The translations under genes were made by a program, and so were the position numbers. From positions 864,001 through 928,000 of the forward strand of contig CAVVOP010000008.1 in NCBI GenBank assembly GCA_963749915.1: a stretch of 64,000 nt of DNA, read 5' to 3'. The notes beneath the pieces were generated by a model, which saw only the letters and a program-made list of their open reading frames with translations, did no database searches and was not told the origin of the DNA. Positions 52,001 through 63,559 of the stretch are shown here, piece by piece; the stretch's first letter is position 1; the number at the start of each line of letters is the position of its first letter. The DNA is from an uncultured cyanobacterium. Lineage in GTDB: Bacteria; Cyanobacteriota; Cyanobacteriia; Cyanobacteriales; Cyanobacteriaceae.

Positions 52001-54269
52001 GCTGACGACGAAACTTTAACCCTTCTAATTTACGCTCTCGTAATGATTGCCACATAATAGCTTCACTAGGTGTTGGTTGTTTTCTAAAATCCCTAGCTAC
52101 CTCAATCATCTTCTTTCTTAACGTCTCAGGAATCTCCCAATAATCTTGACTACCGACTCCCCTCTCCTTTGATAGGAGAGGGGCTGGGGGTGAGGATGAC
52201 ATTCCCTTCTCCTTTGATAAGGTAGAGTTAAGAGTTGAAGCTGATTCCAAACCATGATAATCCCACGCCTCCACCAAGTTGTCTGCCAACTGCCGACAGG
52301 CTTCCACTAAGAATGCCGCCGAACCCATTGCCAAATCACAAATCTTCAATGATAAAATCTGCTCTGGAGTAGGATGTTCTCCCAACTGCTCAAAAATAGG
52401 TCTTAAAGTGTTTTCAACTATCGGCTGTGTTAACTTTCGGGGAGTGTAATGAGAACCTGTGCGACGACGCTCTTCCCCCGGTTGTAAATACAAACTGCCT
52501 TTGGGCAAGAGATTAGGGGTTCGTTCTGATACTTTCCGATCTAATGCCGCCACGATTTCTTCAATGGTTTCTGCTGACTTAAGAGCCTTGAGACTGTTAC
52601 CCTTAAGCTCGCATTCAGCCCAATCCTTAAGTAATTTGTCTCTATCACCTGCCTTCGCCTCTAATAAAGCCTGTACATCTACCACAACTGTTGTCGATAT
52701 TTTTGAACCCTTGGGCTTACTTTTCACGCCAATAGAAGGATTAACCGCCACTTCGACTTCGTAACCCATGATGGCTTCATAAACTGAACCGATTTGCTCT
52801 ACATCCAAGGCTCGATAGGACAAACGCTCACCATCCAACATTAATAACTTATCTAAGAGGCGATAAATTACCCCGTCAGAAATCCGAGGAATATTGGGTT
52901 GATAATTTTGGATTTTACTCCCTTCCACCCTCGTGGGGGAAGGGTTGGGGATGGGGGGGTTCAATGTCTTATCTCCCTCACCCCTTGCCCCTCTCCCATC
53001 AAAGGCGAGGGGAATATTAGTTCTACCCTCAAGGAAGGGATATTCATCGGGGTCAAATAATTGTCCATGACGGGCGGGTAAATATTCTGGTAAAGCCCCA
53101 CCGCCATCATAAACTAAACGGAAAAGACTTAAGATCCATGCCCAAGCTCCATAACGCATATCCATTGTATCGGGATAGTTACTCATATCCTCTCGCAATC
53201 GCTCATATAAGCCTGAGACAGAGTAGTTTTGTTGATAAATAGCATCATCAGGCATTAAACCCTCATCTTCTGCGTAGAGAAGGAATACCAACCGCATCAG
53301 AGTTGTAATTAATCCTCCGTATATGTGCTTTGCTCCCTCTTTATATATTTCCTCCTTTTTAAGTGGAGTTAGAGGGGATTTATTCTCATCAAGGGCGAGA
53401 TTACCCTCACCCCTTGCCCCTCTCCCATTAAGGGCGAGGGGAGCAAATAGTGAGCCATCACTAGCGGCATTAGCCGATTGAAAACCTCGTAATAATTCCC
53501 ACAGGGCATCTAATACCTGATCTGCTAACTTCGTCGATACTTCCGCTTGATAATCCCGACTGCTACTGAGAATTCTACCCAGACGGCGATCGCTTTGTAC
53601 CTCAAATAATCGAGCCGAGCCAATTAACATCTGTAATGCACCCAGAATCGATCGTCCTGCCACTTCTGTCATGGCTTGAACAGGAAAGGTTAAATGTCCC
53701 GAAGATTCGCCACGGGGTGCATAAACTAAGCGAATTTCCGTGCCATTAGTTAATAACCCGATGGGGATTTGAGTTTCTCGTAATAATCGTTCAAATTTTG
53801 CTTGAATAGTTGCCTTCCATCCGTTACCCTTCTCATTATCAGGAGGATATACCTCATCCAGAGATAAACCTGCCTCCACCGTTTTAACTAATAATACCCA
53901 TTCCCCACCATCAGGATCTGCCACTCCATAAGTTGGCTTTAATATTTCGCCATAGTCAGGTAATGGTACTTCTAATTCTACAGGTAATGGTTTTTGTCCT
54001 GGAGTTCCCACCAAATCCTCTGGCAACCAATCCAAAACTTTTTCGGCGAAGATGGCAAAGTCTTCAATCCAGGGTTTACCTTCCTCTATTCTTCCTGTTA
54101 CCGCAGATGTAGAGACTATTTCCGTCAATTTTTGTTGCACGGCGATCGCTTCGGAACGATTCACAAAGGCTTGATGCTTAACTAATGCCAGAGGAGATAC
54201 CACTAATCCCACTGGCTGTAATAAACCAAGCCATTCTTTATGTTGCCAAAGTTCTGGATCTGTTTTCAT
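49096..54269 (-). CDS. drmMI: DISARM class I N6-adenine methyltransferase DrmMI, with inserted DUF559 domain; frameshifts near 49.6-50.1 kb
   Basis: GSHYTP, DLAMGSAAFL and IIGNPPF motifs; C-terminus in ORF 49096-49617; lies between drmD and drmA. Confidence 0.85.
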
Positions 54270-54279
54270 CTCTTACCTC

Positions 54280-57200
54280 CTAACTGGATACTGGAATTAG
54301 ATAAACTAAGCCCACAGGTTCAACTCGACTAGCCTTAACTTCATAGGCTGATTGAATGCGTTGAGGTTCACTTTCCATTTCTTCCCGCAACTGCTCTACT
54401 CTAATTCGCCAATGACGACGATCTGCTTCTATCTGCCTCATTTCCTCGCTATTAAACAAAGATAACTGGTAATTTGCATATTCTCCTTGTTGTTCCAAAA
54501 TGCGTTTTCTTTGCTCCTCTAAAAGCTGTTTCATTTCCTTGGCTTCTTTTTCACCTCGTTCAAGTAATTTTCTTTCTGCTCTTTCTGTTAAAATCTCGGC
54601 TCTTTTTTGGAGAGGCGACAATAAATCCTCAACATCTCTAGGGGCGTATCCTTTATATCTTTCTAACAGCAATGGTTTTACTTCTCTTAATCGGGGAGTA
54701 GCCAAACAGCGATCTAATTCTGTGAGTATATCCGCTTTTTCTCCTTCATTTAATGAACGTAATTTACTATTACCTCTGATTTCAGGTTCTATCCACTCTG
54801 CGGCTGCCGTAACTATCTCATCATGTAAACGAGAAGCTCGATCGCCATATAATGATAAACGTCCCAAAACGATCACCTTGGGAACAGGATCATCTGTATG
54901 ACAAACACAAGCACGAGTCAATTCGTGATAGAGGAATCCTTGGGAAATAAATCGCCCTAAGAGTCTTTGTACTAAACGATGCTCTAAGTGCAGATGAACC
55001 ACTTTGCCATCTAATGTTCCGGGATCTTTGAATACCACAGGACGAATATCAGTTTCTTTACGCCACTCCCATAACTTCTGTTTTTTCTGACGGGGAGTTC
55101 TCAAAGTATCAAGAGTCGTTGCCCATGTAGGATCACTCCCTGTACGTTCATTGAGGACAGGTATAACCCAACGAGCTTGATCTCCTTTGGTTACAACTTC
55201 TTTGGCATCTAAAGGCTCTAACGGCTCTACTCCGAGCATTTCTAATGACACAGATAATGCTTCTCGAAAATGATTATCTTCTAATCCTAACCATGTTTTA
55301 GAATCCCTCAACATATTTTCGAGTTCGATTTGTTGTTGAGCTAACTTATCTTTACCCATGCGAATAGCTTCTAATTCTTCTTTAATAGTTGTGCCTTTGT
55401 TGGGTAAATGGTTATCCAATGGTGCTTCTCCCTTAATTTGTTCGATTAATTGAGTCTCTTGATCGATGCTTATACCTTGATCCAGTAATTTAGAAACATT
55501 ACGAGCAATCACAGGAGATAAACTACCTAATTCTTCCTGAATAGTATTGGTTTTTTTGATCAAAACATCTAAGACACGATCTTCTGAGCGTTGAGTAAGA
55601 TGAAAATAATAACATCTCACTATTGGCGATCGCTGTAATTTACGGTCAATTCTGCCATTACGTTGCTCCATACGACTGGGATTCCAAGGCACATCGAAGT
55701 GAAACAAATCGCTACAATAATTTTGTAAATTAACCCCTTCCCTTGCTGCATCAGTAGCAATGAGAATTCTTAAGGGGTGATGTTGCGGATCTGCATTAAA
55801 AGCATTTTTGATCCTTTCTCGTTGTTCATCTCCCATTCCCCCTGTAAAGACATCAATCCTTTCCTCTGCTAATTCCGAAAGGGCGATCGCTTGATTTAAC
55901 TGTTCTTGTAGATAACGTTTTGTATCGATGTATTCAGTAAAAATTAAGAGACGGTTATTATTCCATTTAGCCCCCTTGCTACTCAAATCAGAGCATTGAT
56001 TTTCTTTAATCCAATCAATGAGTTTTTTAATTTTACTATCTGGCTGACCACGATTCTCTTCGGCTATCTTTGTCATCTCTGCTAACAACTCAAGCTCTTT
56101 TTTCGTAATACTTTGCCCAGTAGATTGACTAGCCATTTCCATCTGCATATCTTCTTCTGCTTCAACTTCCATCTCCGATAAATCTGCCCTATCATCGTCA
56201 TTCCCCACAGATTCTTGTAAGAGCGAAAAATTTACACTGACTAACTCATCTTCTGCTTTCACTTCATGACTTTCAATTTGACGATCGATCCCTTGACTAT
56301 GCACTCTTAGGGTACGAGCAAAGGCTTCAATGGAAGATAACAAACGTTTCTGCAGAGAAGTCATTACCAGCATGGCAGTAGCTTGTTTAGACTTAGCAAC
56401 ATCTTTGAGCCTTTCTTCCCGACAAGCCCGATACTCTTGTAATAAGCGAGATAATTTTAACTCTGGGGCATCTTCATCTAAGCCAGCTATCACTATCGGC
56501 ATAATTTGTCGTTGAGGAAAATCACTATCTCCAATTTCTCTCAAATCTTGTTTTAATCGCCTTACCATAACTGCATCGAGAATTTTCTTACTCTTGACAG
56601 GCACACCTCGACAGAAACGTTGAGGATCTAAGATTTCCAACAAAGCGGCAAAGCTATTAGAGTGACCATTATGGGGAGTAGCTGATAAGAATAACTTATG
56701 TTCAAATCGGGGAGCCAAATCTCTTACTGTGCGAGTTAATTGAGAATCGATCCCATAGCGAGAAGCACCAGCAGGAGCGGCATTATGAGCCTCATCTAAG
56801 ATAAACATTGAACCAGAACTAAAATCTCCCAACCAATCTCTTAGAGAAGCTGCATAAGTTTCATCCCTTAGCAAAGCATGGGAAATAATGAAACGAGAAT
56901 GAGTTTTCCAAGGATTAATACCGTAGCCTCTCTCCCGACGCTTAGAAGAGACAAAATCTCTGTCAAAAATCTGAAACAACAAACCGAAACGACTTTCCAT
57001 CTCTTCTTGCCACTGTTTTACTACTGAAGGAGGACAGGAAATAACTACCCGTTTGATTTTCTGCCTCATGATCATCTCTCGCAGAATCAAACCAGCTTCG
57101 ATCGTTTTTCCCAAGCCTACATCATCAGCTATAAACAAAGCTACTCTTGGTTGTAATAGAGCCTTGCGTAAAGGCTCTAACTGATAAGCCTTAACTTCAA

Positions 57201-57540
57201 TTCCAGCACGATAGGGAGCTTGGAACAACTTGGGATTTGTTGAAGTAACACAATTCCATTTCAAAGTATGAAAATAAGCAGAAAAATAGCGAGGATTATC
57301 AAATCCTTTTTGGGTTACAGAATCCCATGAAGAAGCCCCCACCAACCGAGCATCTATTTCTCTTTCCCAAAATACTTCCAGACTTTGTCCCTGAGCATCA
57401 TCTTCCAAACAGGAAAGTCTAACGACGGTATCCCCACCACCGACATTAGGAAGGATTGATTCTTCCACTATGTATTGTCGGGAACGAATATGAACTATTT
57501 GCCCTGTTTCTAGTTTCATTAGCAGAGTGTTAATTTTCAA
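54280..57540 (-). CDS. drmD: DISARM SNF2 helicase DrmD
   Basis: ADDVGLGKTIEAG, DEAH, SATPHNG and WNPSRMEQRNGRIDR motifs. Confidence 0.92.
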   Translation of the reverse strand: MKINTLLMKLETGQIVHIRSRQYIVEESILPNVGGGDTVVRLSCLEDDAQGQSLEVFWEREIDARLVGASSWDSVTQKGFDNPRYFSAYFHTLKWNCVTSTNPKLFQAPYRAGIEVKAYQLEPLRKALLQPRVALFIADDVGLGKTIEAGLILREMIMRQKIKRVVISCPPSVVKQWQEEMESRFGLLFQIFDRDFVSSKRRERGYGINPWKTHSRFIISHALLRDETYAASLRDWLGDFSSGSMFILDEAHNAAPAGASRYGIDSQLTRTVRDLAPRFEHKLFLSATPHNGHSNSFAALLEILDPQRFCRGVPVKSKKILDAVMVRRLKQDLREIGDSDFPQRQIMPIVIAGLDEDAPELKLSRLLQEYRACREERLKDVAKSKQATAMLVMTSLQKRLLSSIEAFARTLRVHSQGIDRQIESHEVKAEDELVSVNFSLLQESVGNDDDRADLSEMEVEAEEDMQMEMASQSTGQSITKKELELLAEMTKIAEENRGQPDSKIKKLIDWIKENQCSDLSSKGAKWNNNRLLIFTEYIDTKRYLQEQLNQAIALSELAEERIDVFTGGMGDEQRERIKNAFNADPQHHPLRILIATDAAREGVNLQNYCSDLFHFDVPWNPSRMEQRNGRIDRKLQRSPIVRCYYFHLTQRSEDRVLDVLIKKTNTIQEELGSLSPVIARNVSKLLDQGISIDQETQLIEQIKGEAPLDNHLPNKGTTIKEELEAIRMGKDKLAQQQIELENMLRDSKTWLGLEDNHFREALSVSLEMLGVEPLEPLDAKEVVTKGDQARWVIPVLNERTGSDPTWATTLDTLRTPRQKKQKLWEWRKETDIRPVVFKDPGTLDGKVVHLHLEHRLVQRLLGRFISQGFLYHELTRACVCHTDDPVPKVIVLGRLSLYGDRASRLHDEIVTAAAEWIEPEIRGNSKLRSLNEGEKADILTELDRCLATPRLREVKPLLLERYKGYAPRDVEDLLSPLQKRAEILTERAERKLLERGEKEAKEMKQLLEEQRKRILEQQGEYANYQLSLFNSEEMRQIEADRRHWRIRVEQLREEMESEPQRIQSAYEVKASRVEPVGLVYLIPVSS

Positions 57541-57697
57541 TCACAGGTTAAATTATAAAAAAACCATCAACAGTACAAGTAACAATAGCAGTAGCAATGA
57601 GCCTAGTAGCGTTACTACCTAATAATCCAGCAATAGAGGTAACAATTCCACTTTCTCTTTTTTTCTTCATTAACCACTTGATAACCAAAATATATTA

Positions 57698-58030
57698 TTA
57701 AAATCCCGATAATTTCTGTAGTTGTAACACAGGCTCTAAAGTATCAATATTTACATCAGTTACTACCTCTTCTTCTCCAACCGCACACTTATAAACCATA
57801 TAAGTCCAAATACCGGGATTACCCGCTTCCGCACTTTCAGCTTCATAAAAAGTAGTCGTGCCATCTTCTTCACATTCATAGTAAGCAGAATAGATATCTT
57901 CCCAATCACAATCTGAATCCTCTAAAGTTTCTCGAACTTCAGCTAATACACCAGCAATATGATGTGGTTGAGTTTCTACTTGAACTAAACGTTCTTCTTC
58001 CCAAATGAAATTGTGTAACTCAAGAGCCAT
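57698..58030 (-). CDS. Acidic hypothetical protein
   Basis: 110-aa ORF with AAGG RBS, upstream of drmD. Confidence 0.55.
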   Translation of the reverse strand: MALELHNFIWEEERLVQVETQPHHIAGVLAEVRETLEDSDCDWEDIYSAYYECEEDGTTTFYEAESAEAGNPGIWTYMVYKCAVGEEEVVTDVNIDTLEPVLQLQKLSGF

Positions 58031-58534
58031 AATAAATACCTTTTGTTAATTAGTTTATTTTTTGTGCCAGTTGCTATATATCCTGCCCTACAATCAAAAG
58101 GAAAAACATCGGTATTTCCACTTAAAAAGTTTTGCAAATATCATCTAGCAATAGTTTCAAGCTAGTTCTAACCCTAAATGATAGAATTAATTTCCCACTG
58201 GGTGTTTGAACAAGATATCTCAAAAGCGACCAGGCTTTGCCTGCCCCTGCGCGATCTGCGAAGCAGGCGTTTTCAGCGATCACAGGGTAGCTGTGCTACT
58301 GGTTCGCACTCTTATGGGGGCGTGCTACAGACGAAACCCCACAATCGCTAACACAACAATCATTTCAGCTTCTGTCTGAGTGAACAAACCGCCCGTGCTG
58401 CCGCACCGGCTACAGGTGAATAGATGTCCGTGCTAAAGCACAGACAATAGCATTAAATATGGGGACGTGAACACAATTTCAGTAGATGGAAAAGTTTGGA
58501 TTTAATGCGTGAATTAAAGTCGCCAACAGTATCC

Positions 58535-60655
58535 TTATCTCGGTTCTCCTCGATATACATTTAAAGTATCAATAGATAATTCAATAATTTTAGTTTGCAA
58601 CACTTCAGGTTTATATACCTTAATGCTACCACCAAAGCCTAAAATCCATCGGAGTAAGTCATAATCCTGTAGTGACCACTCTGGTAAGGTCACTTGAAAA
58701 CGATAAGGTCTTTTTATATCCTTACTTTTGTTGAGGGTAAATAATGATTGATGATGACTTAAATTCGAGATTGATTTCGATGGTTTTGTCATCTTCATTC
58801 GTTGTGGAGGAAATCTTTTTGTACCTTCGGCGATAAAATTAAAAATATTTTCACTAAACCATAATTCAAGAGTTATTTCTACCGTTTTTTGTTCTTCTTT
58901 ATTACTACTTAAAAAGGCTTTTTGTTTACTAGCATCGTTACCTAAAAATATTCCTGCACTAGCAGATAGTAATTGACTTAGTTTTTTTAAGGCTTTTTCT
59001 TGTTCTTTTTTGCCTCTAGTTTCTGGTAATTCACTTTCTAAATATAAGCGATCGAGTCTTTCTAAATGCACTAAACCATCTTGTTCTCCTCCGTAACATT
59101 CAAATGCTAAATACCATGCAAAATTATAAAAAGTTATTTGTAATAACCATGCACAAAAAGCTCCTATTTCTTCCCCTTCATGAATGGGACGATTAGCAAA
59201 TTTATTTAGTTTTACTAATTTTCTTTGTTCTATTATTTCCTCTATTCTACTGGTTTGATGGCTTAATGTTCTTATATTTAATGAATCAATATCTACTATA
59301 GAATGATTAGCGATTGCTCTAACAGGATAGGTATAATGTTCATCAAAATTAGCCCATTTCATTTTAGTTTCAAATTTATTATATAAATCTAAAGCAAGGG
59401 GATCATCAAGATTTTTAGCTTGATTTTGTAATAACCGAAAAGTTTGGATTAATTCGTTTTCTGTGAAAATACCCGTACCGAAAAAATAACCGTTTCGCAT
59501 AATATTATGGGGGAAAAGTTGATAAGGATTAAGGACTATTTCAATATCTTTTCTGAGCAAATCTCGTCTTGTTTTTAAATAACGTTCATGGCTATTTTCC
59601 CATTGGATTAATTCAAAAGCTAGATTGGTTAAATGACCACTAGGAATATTATCCCATGGTAAACTTTCGTTATCTATTTTAGGAGAAAAAGGATAATAAG
59701 TAATAGTTTTAATAGTATTTAAAATGCGTTCAAAAGTATATTTGTCAGAAGCATAATGGGTAATAATAGGAGAAGAAGAATCTATAAAAACTTCATCAAC
59801 AATAACCCTAAACTGTTCTAATTTAATCTCTTTTTTATGACTGTTTATTAAATTATGATTGCTCAAAAAGTTTATATCCTGTTGAATCAATATTTTATCA
59901 GCATAAATATTCCCTTTTAATTTTGCCATCATCGCCGTAATTTCTGATAAAGAATCATCAAAACTAATGGATTTACCAAAAATTCGCTTTAAAATATCAG
60001 GATTAGTAAACTGTAAATTACCTAAATCTGGATAGTTAATCAGCAAAGAAATGAGGTGCATTAATCGCTCAAAATCTAATAACTTTGAATAAGAATGTAA
60101 AACTAAATTATCGTTTTTAGTACGGTTTTGTCGATTAATTAAACTACGATTTAAACAATTAATTTTTTGCTTAATAAATTCTCTTTGATATTCCTGATAA
60201 TTTTTGATTTTTTTTAGATCAATAAAACCCTCAGCTACATGGGGAGGAAACTGTTTCAAGGATTGTGCCATATTATCAATAATCTCATCAGGTACTTGTT
60301 TTTCTCTTTGTCTATTCCATTGTTTACAAGTGCCTAAATCAATATTAAGATACCATGCTAACCAGTCAATTTTACCGATGTTTCTTTCTAGTTTCTGTAG
60401 TAATTCCATCCGCCACGAGCGTTGAGCGTTGGTAGCATCATAAATAACAGGAGTATTAATGACCATCGCTTTTTCAATTTGATGAATAACTTCCGCTTCT
60501 ATTTCTAACCAATTACCCTGTATAGTTTCATCTCCATAAAGTTGTTTTCTAATGGCATCGGTAGAAATTATTTGACAGTTATAAAGTTGGGCTAAAAGTT
60601 GAGCAAAAGTTGATTTACCAGCCCCCGGAATACCGATTAAAAAGTGACATAGCAT
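58535..60655 (-). CDS. P-loop kinase (AAA_33) + WYL-domain protein, CRISPR-associated
   Basis: GIPGAGKST...DATN; C-terminal AWYLAFE...ERLDRL and RWILGFGGSIKV (WYL/WCX). Confidence 0.85.
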   Translation of the reverse strand: MLCHFLIGIPGAGKSTFAQLLAQLYNCQIISTDAIRKQLYGDETIQGNWLEIEAEVIHQIEKAMVINTPVIYDATNAQRSWRMELLQKLERNIGKIDWLAWYLNIDLGTCKQWNRQREKQVPDEIIDNMAQSLKQFPPHVAEGFIDLKKIKNYQEYQREFIKQKINCLNRSLINRQNRTKNDNLVLHSYSKLLDFERLMHLISLLINYPDLGNLQFTNPDILKRIFGKSISFDDSLSEITAMMAKLKGNIYADKILIQQDINFLSNHNLINSHKKEIKLEQFRVIVDEVFIDSSSPIITHYASDKYTFERILNTIKTITYYPFSPKIDNESLPWDNIPSGHLTNLAFELIQWENSHERYLKTRRDLLRKDIEIVLNPYQLFPHNIMRNGYFFGTGIFTENELIQTFRLLQNQAKNLDDPLALDLYNKFETKMKWANFDEHYTYPVRAIANHSIVDIDSLNIRTLSHQTSRIEEIIEQRKLVKLNKFANRPIHEGEEIGAFCAWLLQITFYNFAWYLAFECYGGEQDGLVHLERLDRLYLESELPETRGKKEQEKALKKLSQLLSASAGIFLGNDASKQKAFLSSNKEEQKTVEITLELWFSENIFNFIAEGTKRFPPQRMKMTKPSKSISNLSHHQSLFTLNKSKDIKRPYRFQVTLPEWSLQDYDLLRWILGFGGSIKVYKPEVLQTKIIELSIDTLNVYRGEPR

Positions 60656-60661
60656 AAGTTA

Positions 60662-61924
60662 TTAATGTCTGTTGGAAAAGGTATTGAGATTATGCAAAAT
60701 TATTCTATTTAAAGTATCAAAAGGATTTTTATCAGGCATTTTAGTTAATAGTTGTAAAATTTTAAACATCGACTTTTCCAATACTTCTGGATTATAAATA
60801 TCATTAACCCCTGTTATTTCATGAATATATAAATGTCGATCTTGAACATATCGATCGATAGATTTTATTTTATTTAATAAATCTTGCTCATCTTTTTTAA
60901 TATCTGATACAAATCTCATCATTATGGGAATATTTAAGTGGCTGATATTAGAGTATTTTGTATTAATTTTTTCATATAGTTTACCTTGGTCAAATATTTT
61001 AATTTTATCAATAAGTTCTGTCTCAATATCCCTCCATTTTTTTTTAAAAGAGATAATTTTGGGAATAAATTTTTGTATTAATAAATATTTTAATAAATTT
61101 TCTTGAAAAGCAATTAACCACACCACAAAATCAGCATATTCTTTTTGTTGTAATTTTATACTAGCTTTAAAGTAAACTTCTTGAAGTAGAGAAAGTATCT
61201 GTTTTTGTCTTAACAAACCAAGCTCATTAGCTAAATTTTTCATCACCTTATCTTGATGTTTATTCACCTGACTATAGGCTTGATTAAAATTGAAAGCTAG
61301 TCTTAATTTTCCGTAAATAATTGCATCTTCAATTTTAGAATGATATAGCAAACTTTTTTTAATAGTAAATAATGCACCACTATAATTGTAATTTTGTATT
61401 TGTTGAGAAATAACTTTTAAATCAATTTCTTTTTTTAGACTGTTTAAATTAGTAGTAAAAACACGTTTTTGATTGGTTCTAACTTGATCAGGATGACGTA
61501 CCTGCCAGACATTGCTAAGAGGTGCATAACCAGCAGATTGTAAAATAGCCCAAGCTGATTTCATGATGGGAGTACCAGAGGAAGCATTTAAAGCTAATAC
61601 ATCCCCTTTCTGTTGTAATTTCTGAGCAAAATAAAGGGCTTTTTTTGCTTCTTGTATCGCTAAAGTTAAGTTAACAGGATCATCTGATAATTTATTATCA
61701 ACAGGAATTAATGTTATTTTTTGACAAGTATAATTTTCTTCTATCCAATCTTTAGTTAATTCAGCTTCTGTTAATGTACCTTCTGTGTGCAATAAAATAG
61801 CATTTTTTATTATTTGATTTTCTGCGGATAATTCTTTAACTAAGGTAACAATAGATCCTTCCTCTCTATTTTTCGATGAAAATGGGTCTTGTTTTCCCAC
61901 AAAAGATAATAAGATGATAGCCAT
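60662..61924 (-). CDS. CARF-HEPN (Csm6/Csx1-like) protein
   Basis: SFVGKQDP and LNASSGTP (CARF); RHLYIH (RxxxxH HEPN). Confidence 0.7.
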   Translation of the reverse strand: MAIILLSFVGKQDPFSSKNREEGSIVTLVKELSAENQIIKNAILLHTEGTLTEAELTKDWIEENYTCQKITLIPVDNKLSDDPVNLTLAIQEAKKALYFAQKLQQKGDVLALNASSGTPIMKSAWAILQSAGYAPLSNVWQVRHPDQVRTNQKRVFTTNLNSLKKEIDLKVISQQIQNYNYSGALFTIKKSLLYHSKIEDAIIYGKLRLAFNFNQAYSQVNKHQDKVMKNLANELGLLRQKQILSLLQEVYFKASIKLQQKEYADFVVWLIAFQENLLKYLLIQKFIPKIISFKKKWRDIETELIDKIKIFDQGKLYEKINTKYSNISHLNIPIMMRFVSDIKKDEQDLLNKIKSIDRYVQDRHLYIHEITGVNDIYNPEVLEKSMFKILQLLTKMPDKNPFDTLNRIILHNLNTFSNRH

Positions 61925-61970
61925 TGTTTTTTTATTGATTTTTTAATAATAAAAAAAAATAAAATATTAT

Positions 61971-63479
61971 TTAAATAAGGGAATCAGATAACTTCTTTAA
62001 TTCATTCGTTAATTTTTCTCTGGTATAATCTAAGTTTATTAGTTTTATTGCTTGAAAAAAAGGTGTTTTTACTTGTTCATTATAAACTTTGGAAACATCA
62101 TCTCCAGAAGCATTTTGATCAGCTAATAAATATTTAATAACGTCTTGTTTTTCTATTCCTCTTAAATTATGCATTAATTGATTTCTCAAGTCATATTCTC
62201 TATTACGAAAAGATTCACAAGACCATTTTAACAAAGCCCAAGGTTTTAATGTTGGTTCTAATAACTCTAACCATTTTAACATTATATGATTTTTGTTAGT
62301 GTTATATAAGTCTTTATCTTGATTAATAGGATATGATTTATAGGGATAAAATAATTGATTTAAAACTTCTTTTTTTGCTCCTATTGATTTGACGATATTA
62401 GTTAAAAATAAACCTTCATTATTCCATTGTAAACATTGAGAACCTAAGAAAGATTTTTGCTCACATTTGACAGTAATATTTTTGGTTTTTTCTAAAATTG
62501 CTATCTTCATAAATGTTTCCTGAGCTGAGGATAATAAAGTAATTCCTGCTAAAAAATTCTCTTGATTAAAAAAGATTCCGATTAAATCAAGAACATCTAT
62601 AATTCTTTGAGTAGCTGATTCAATGGAAAAATCATTATCATTATTATTTTGTGTTCGATTAAGGTTGAAAAAATCAACAAAATATTGTAATTTATTAATA
62701 GTTTCTGGTTTGATGTTATCAATATTGTTTAATAGCTTCAGGGCAGCTCCGGGGGAATTAGTAACTAAACTTTTAGCTTGTTGTATTTTTAAACCTCTTA
62801 AATAACGAGAACTATCGATAAGTTCACAATAGTTTTGTTGTGATTCACTACTAACTAAAAACTGAACTTTATCTCCAAATTTTGCCAGACTAATAAATTG
62901 TAAAGCAGAAGATAATGCAGGAGTCCCTGCTTGATGACTAATATATACTTTTTCTCGATCGAGGATGGTAATTTCTCCTAATTTTTTATTAACTAAATCT
63001 AAAGTGCTATCCCAAGAATCTAAACCTTTTGTATTAAGTGAAGATCTTAAAATAAGAGGTTTAATTTTGGTATTTGGAAATTTATTTTGCAGATATTTAT
63101 TAATAATTGGTTCAACGGTACAAGTATCTTTCCAATAAGGACATTTAATCGAATAACGATCGCTATCATCAAATAAATTAGACTGATCAGAAAGTAAAAT
63201 AATAATCTGATCTGGAATAATATTTTGCTGTAGTAAAAGCTCTGTAAAAGAGTCTAATAAAGGGAAATATAAATATTGATAGTAGTTATCTAAATCTTGA
63301 GTATAAGCTAATCCTACTGCCCTCGCCGGTACTGTCCATAAGTCTTCATTTTCTACTTTATTTGGTACAAAAGGGCAGTCATATAGTTGATTGTAAATAT
63401 TCAATAGTAAATCATCCCAATGCTCATTTGTTTTGAGTTGAATGTCACTATTTCCGATGGTTAAAATCCATGTAGTCAT
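61971..63479 (-). CDS. CARF-like + HEPN protein
   Basis: TIGNSDIQL and ISHQAGTPA (CARF-like); RNQLMH (RxxxxH HEPN). Confidence 0.7.
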   Translation of the reverse strand: MTTWILTIGNSDIQLKTNEHWDDLLLNIYNQLYDCPFVPNKVENEDLWTVPARAVGLAYTQDLDNYYQYLYFPLLDSFTELLLQQNIIPDQIIILLSDQSNLFDDSDRYSIKCPYWKDTCTVEPIINKYLQNKFPNTKIKPLILRSSLNTKGLDSWDSTLDLVNKKLGEITILDREKVYISHQAGTPALSSALQFISLAKFGDKVQFLVSSESQQNYCELIDSSRYLRGLKIQQAKSLVTNSPGAALKLLNNIDNIKPETINKLQYFVDFFNLNRTQNNNDNDFSIESATQRIIDVLDLIGIFFNQENFLAGITLLSSAQETFMKIAILEKTKNITVKCEQKSFLGSQCLQWNNEGLFLTNIVKSIGAKKEVLNQLFYPYKSYPINQDKDLYNTNKNHIMLKWLELLEPTLKPWALLKWSCESFRNREYDLRNQLMHNLRGIEKQDVIKYLLADQNASGDDVSKVYNEQVKTPFFQAIKLINLDYTREKLTNELKKLSDSLI

Positions 63480-63559
63480 TTTATTTTTTTCTTGATTAAT
63501 TACTTTAAGTTGTGGACATATTGCTATTCAATAAAAGGGCTAAAGTCCTTACTATAAAA

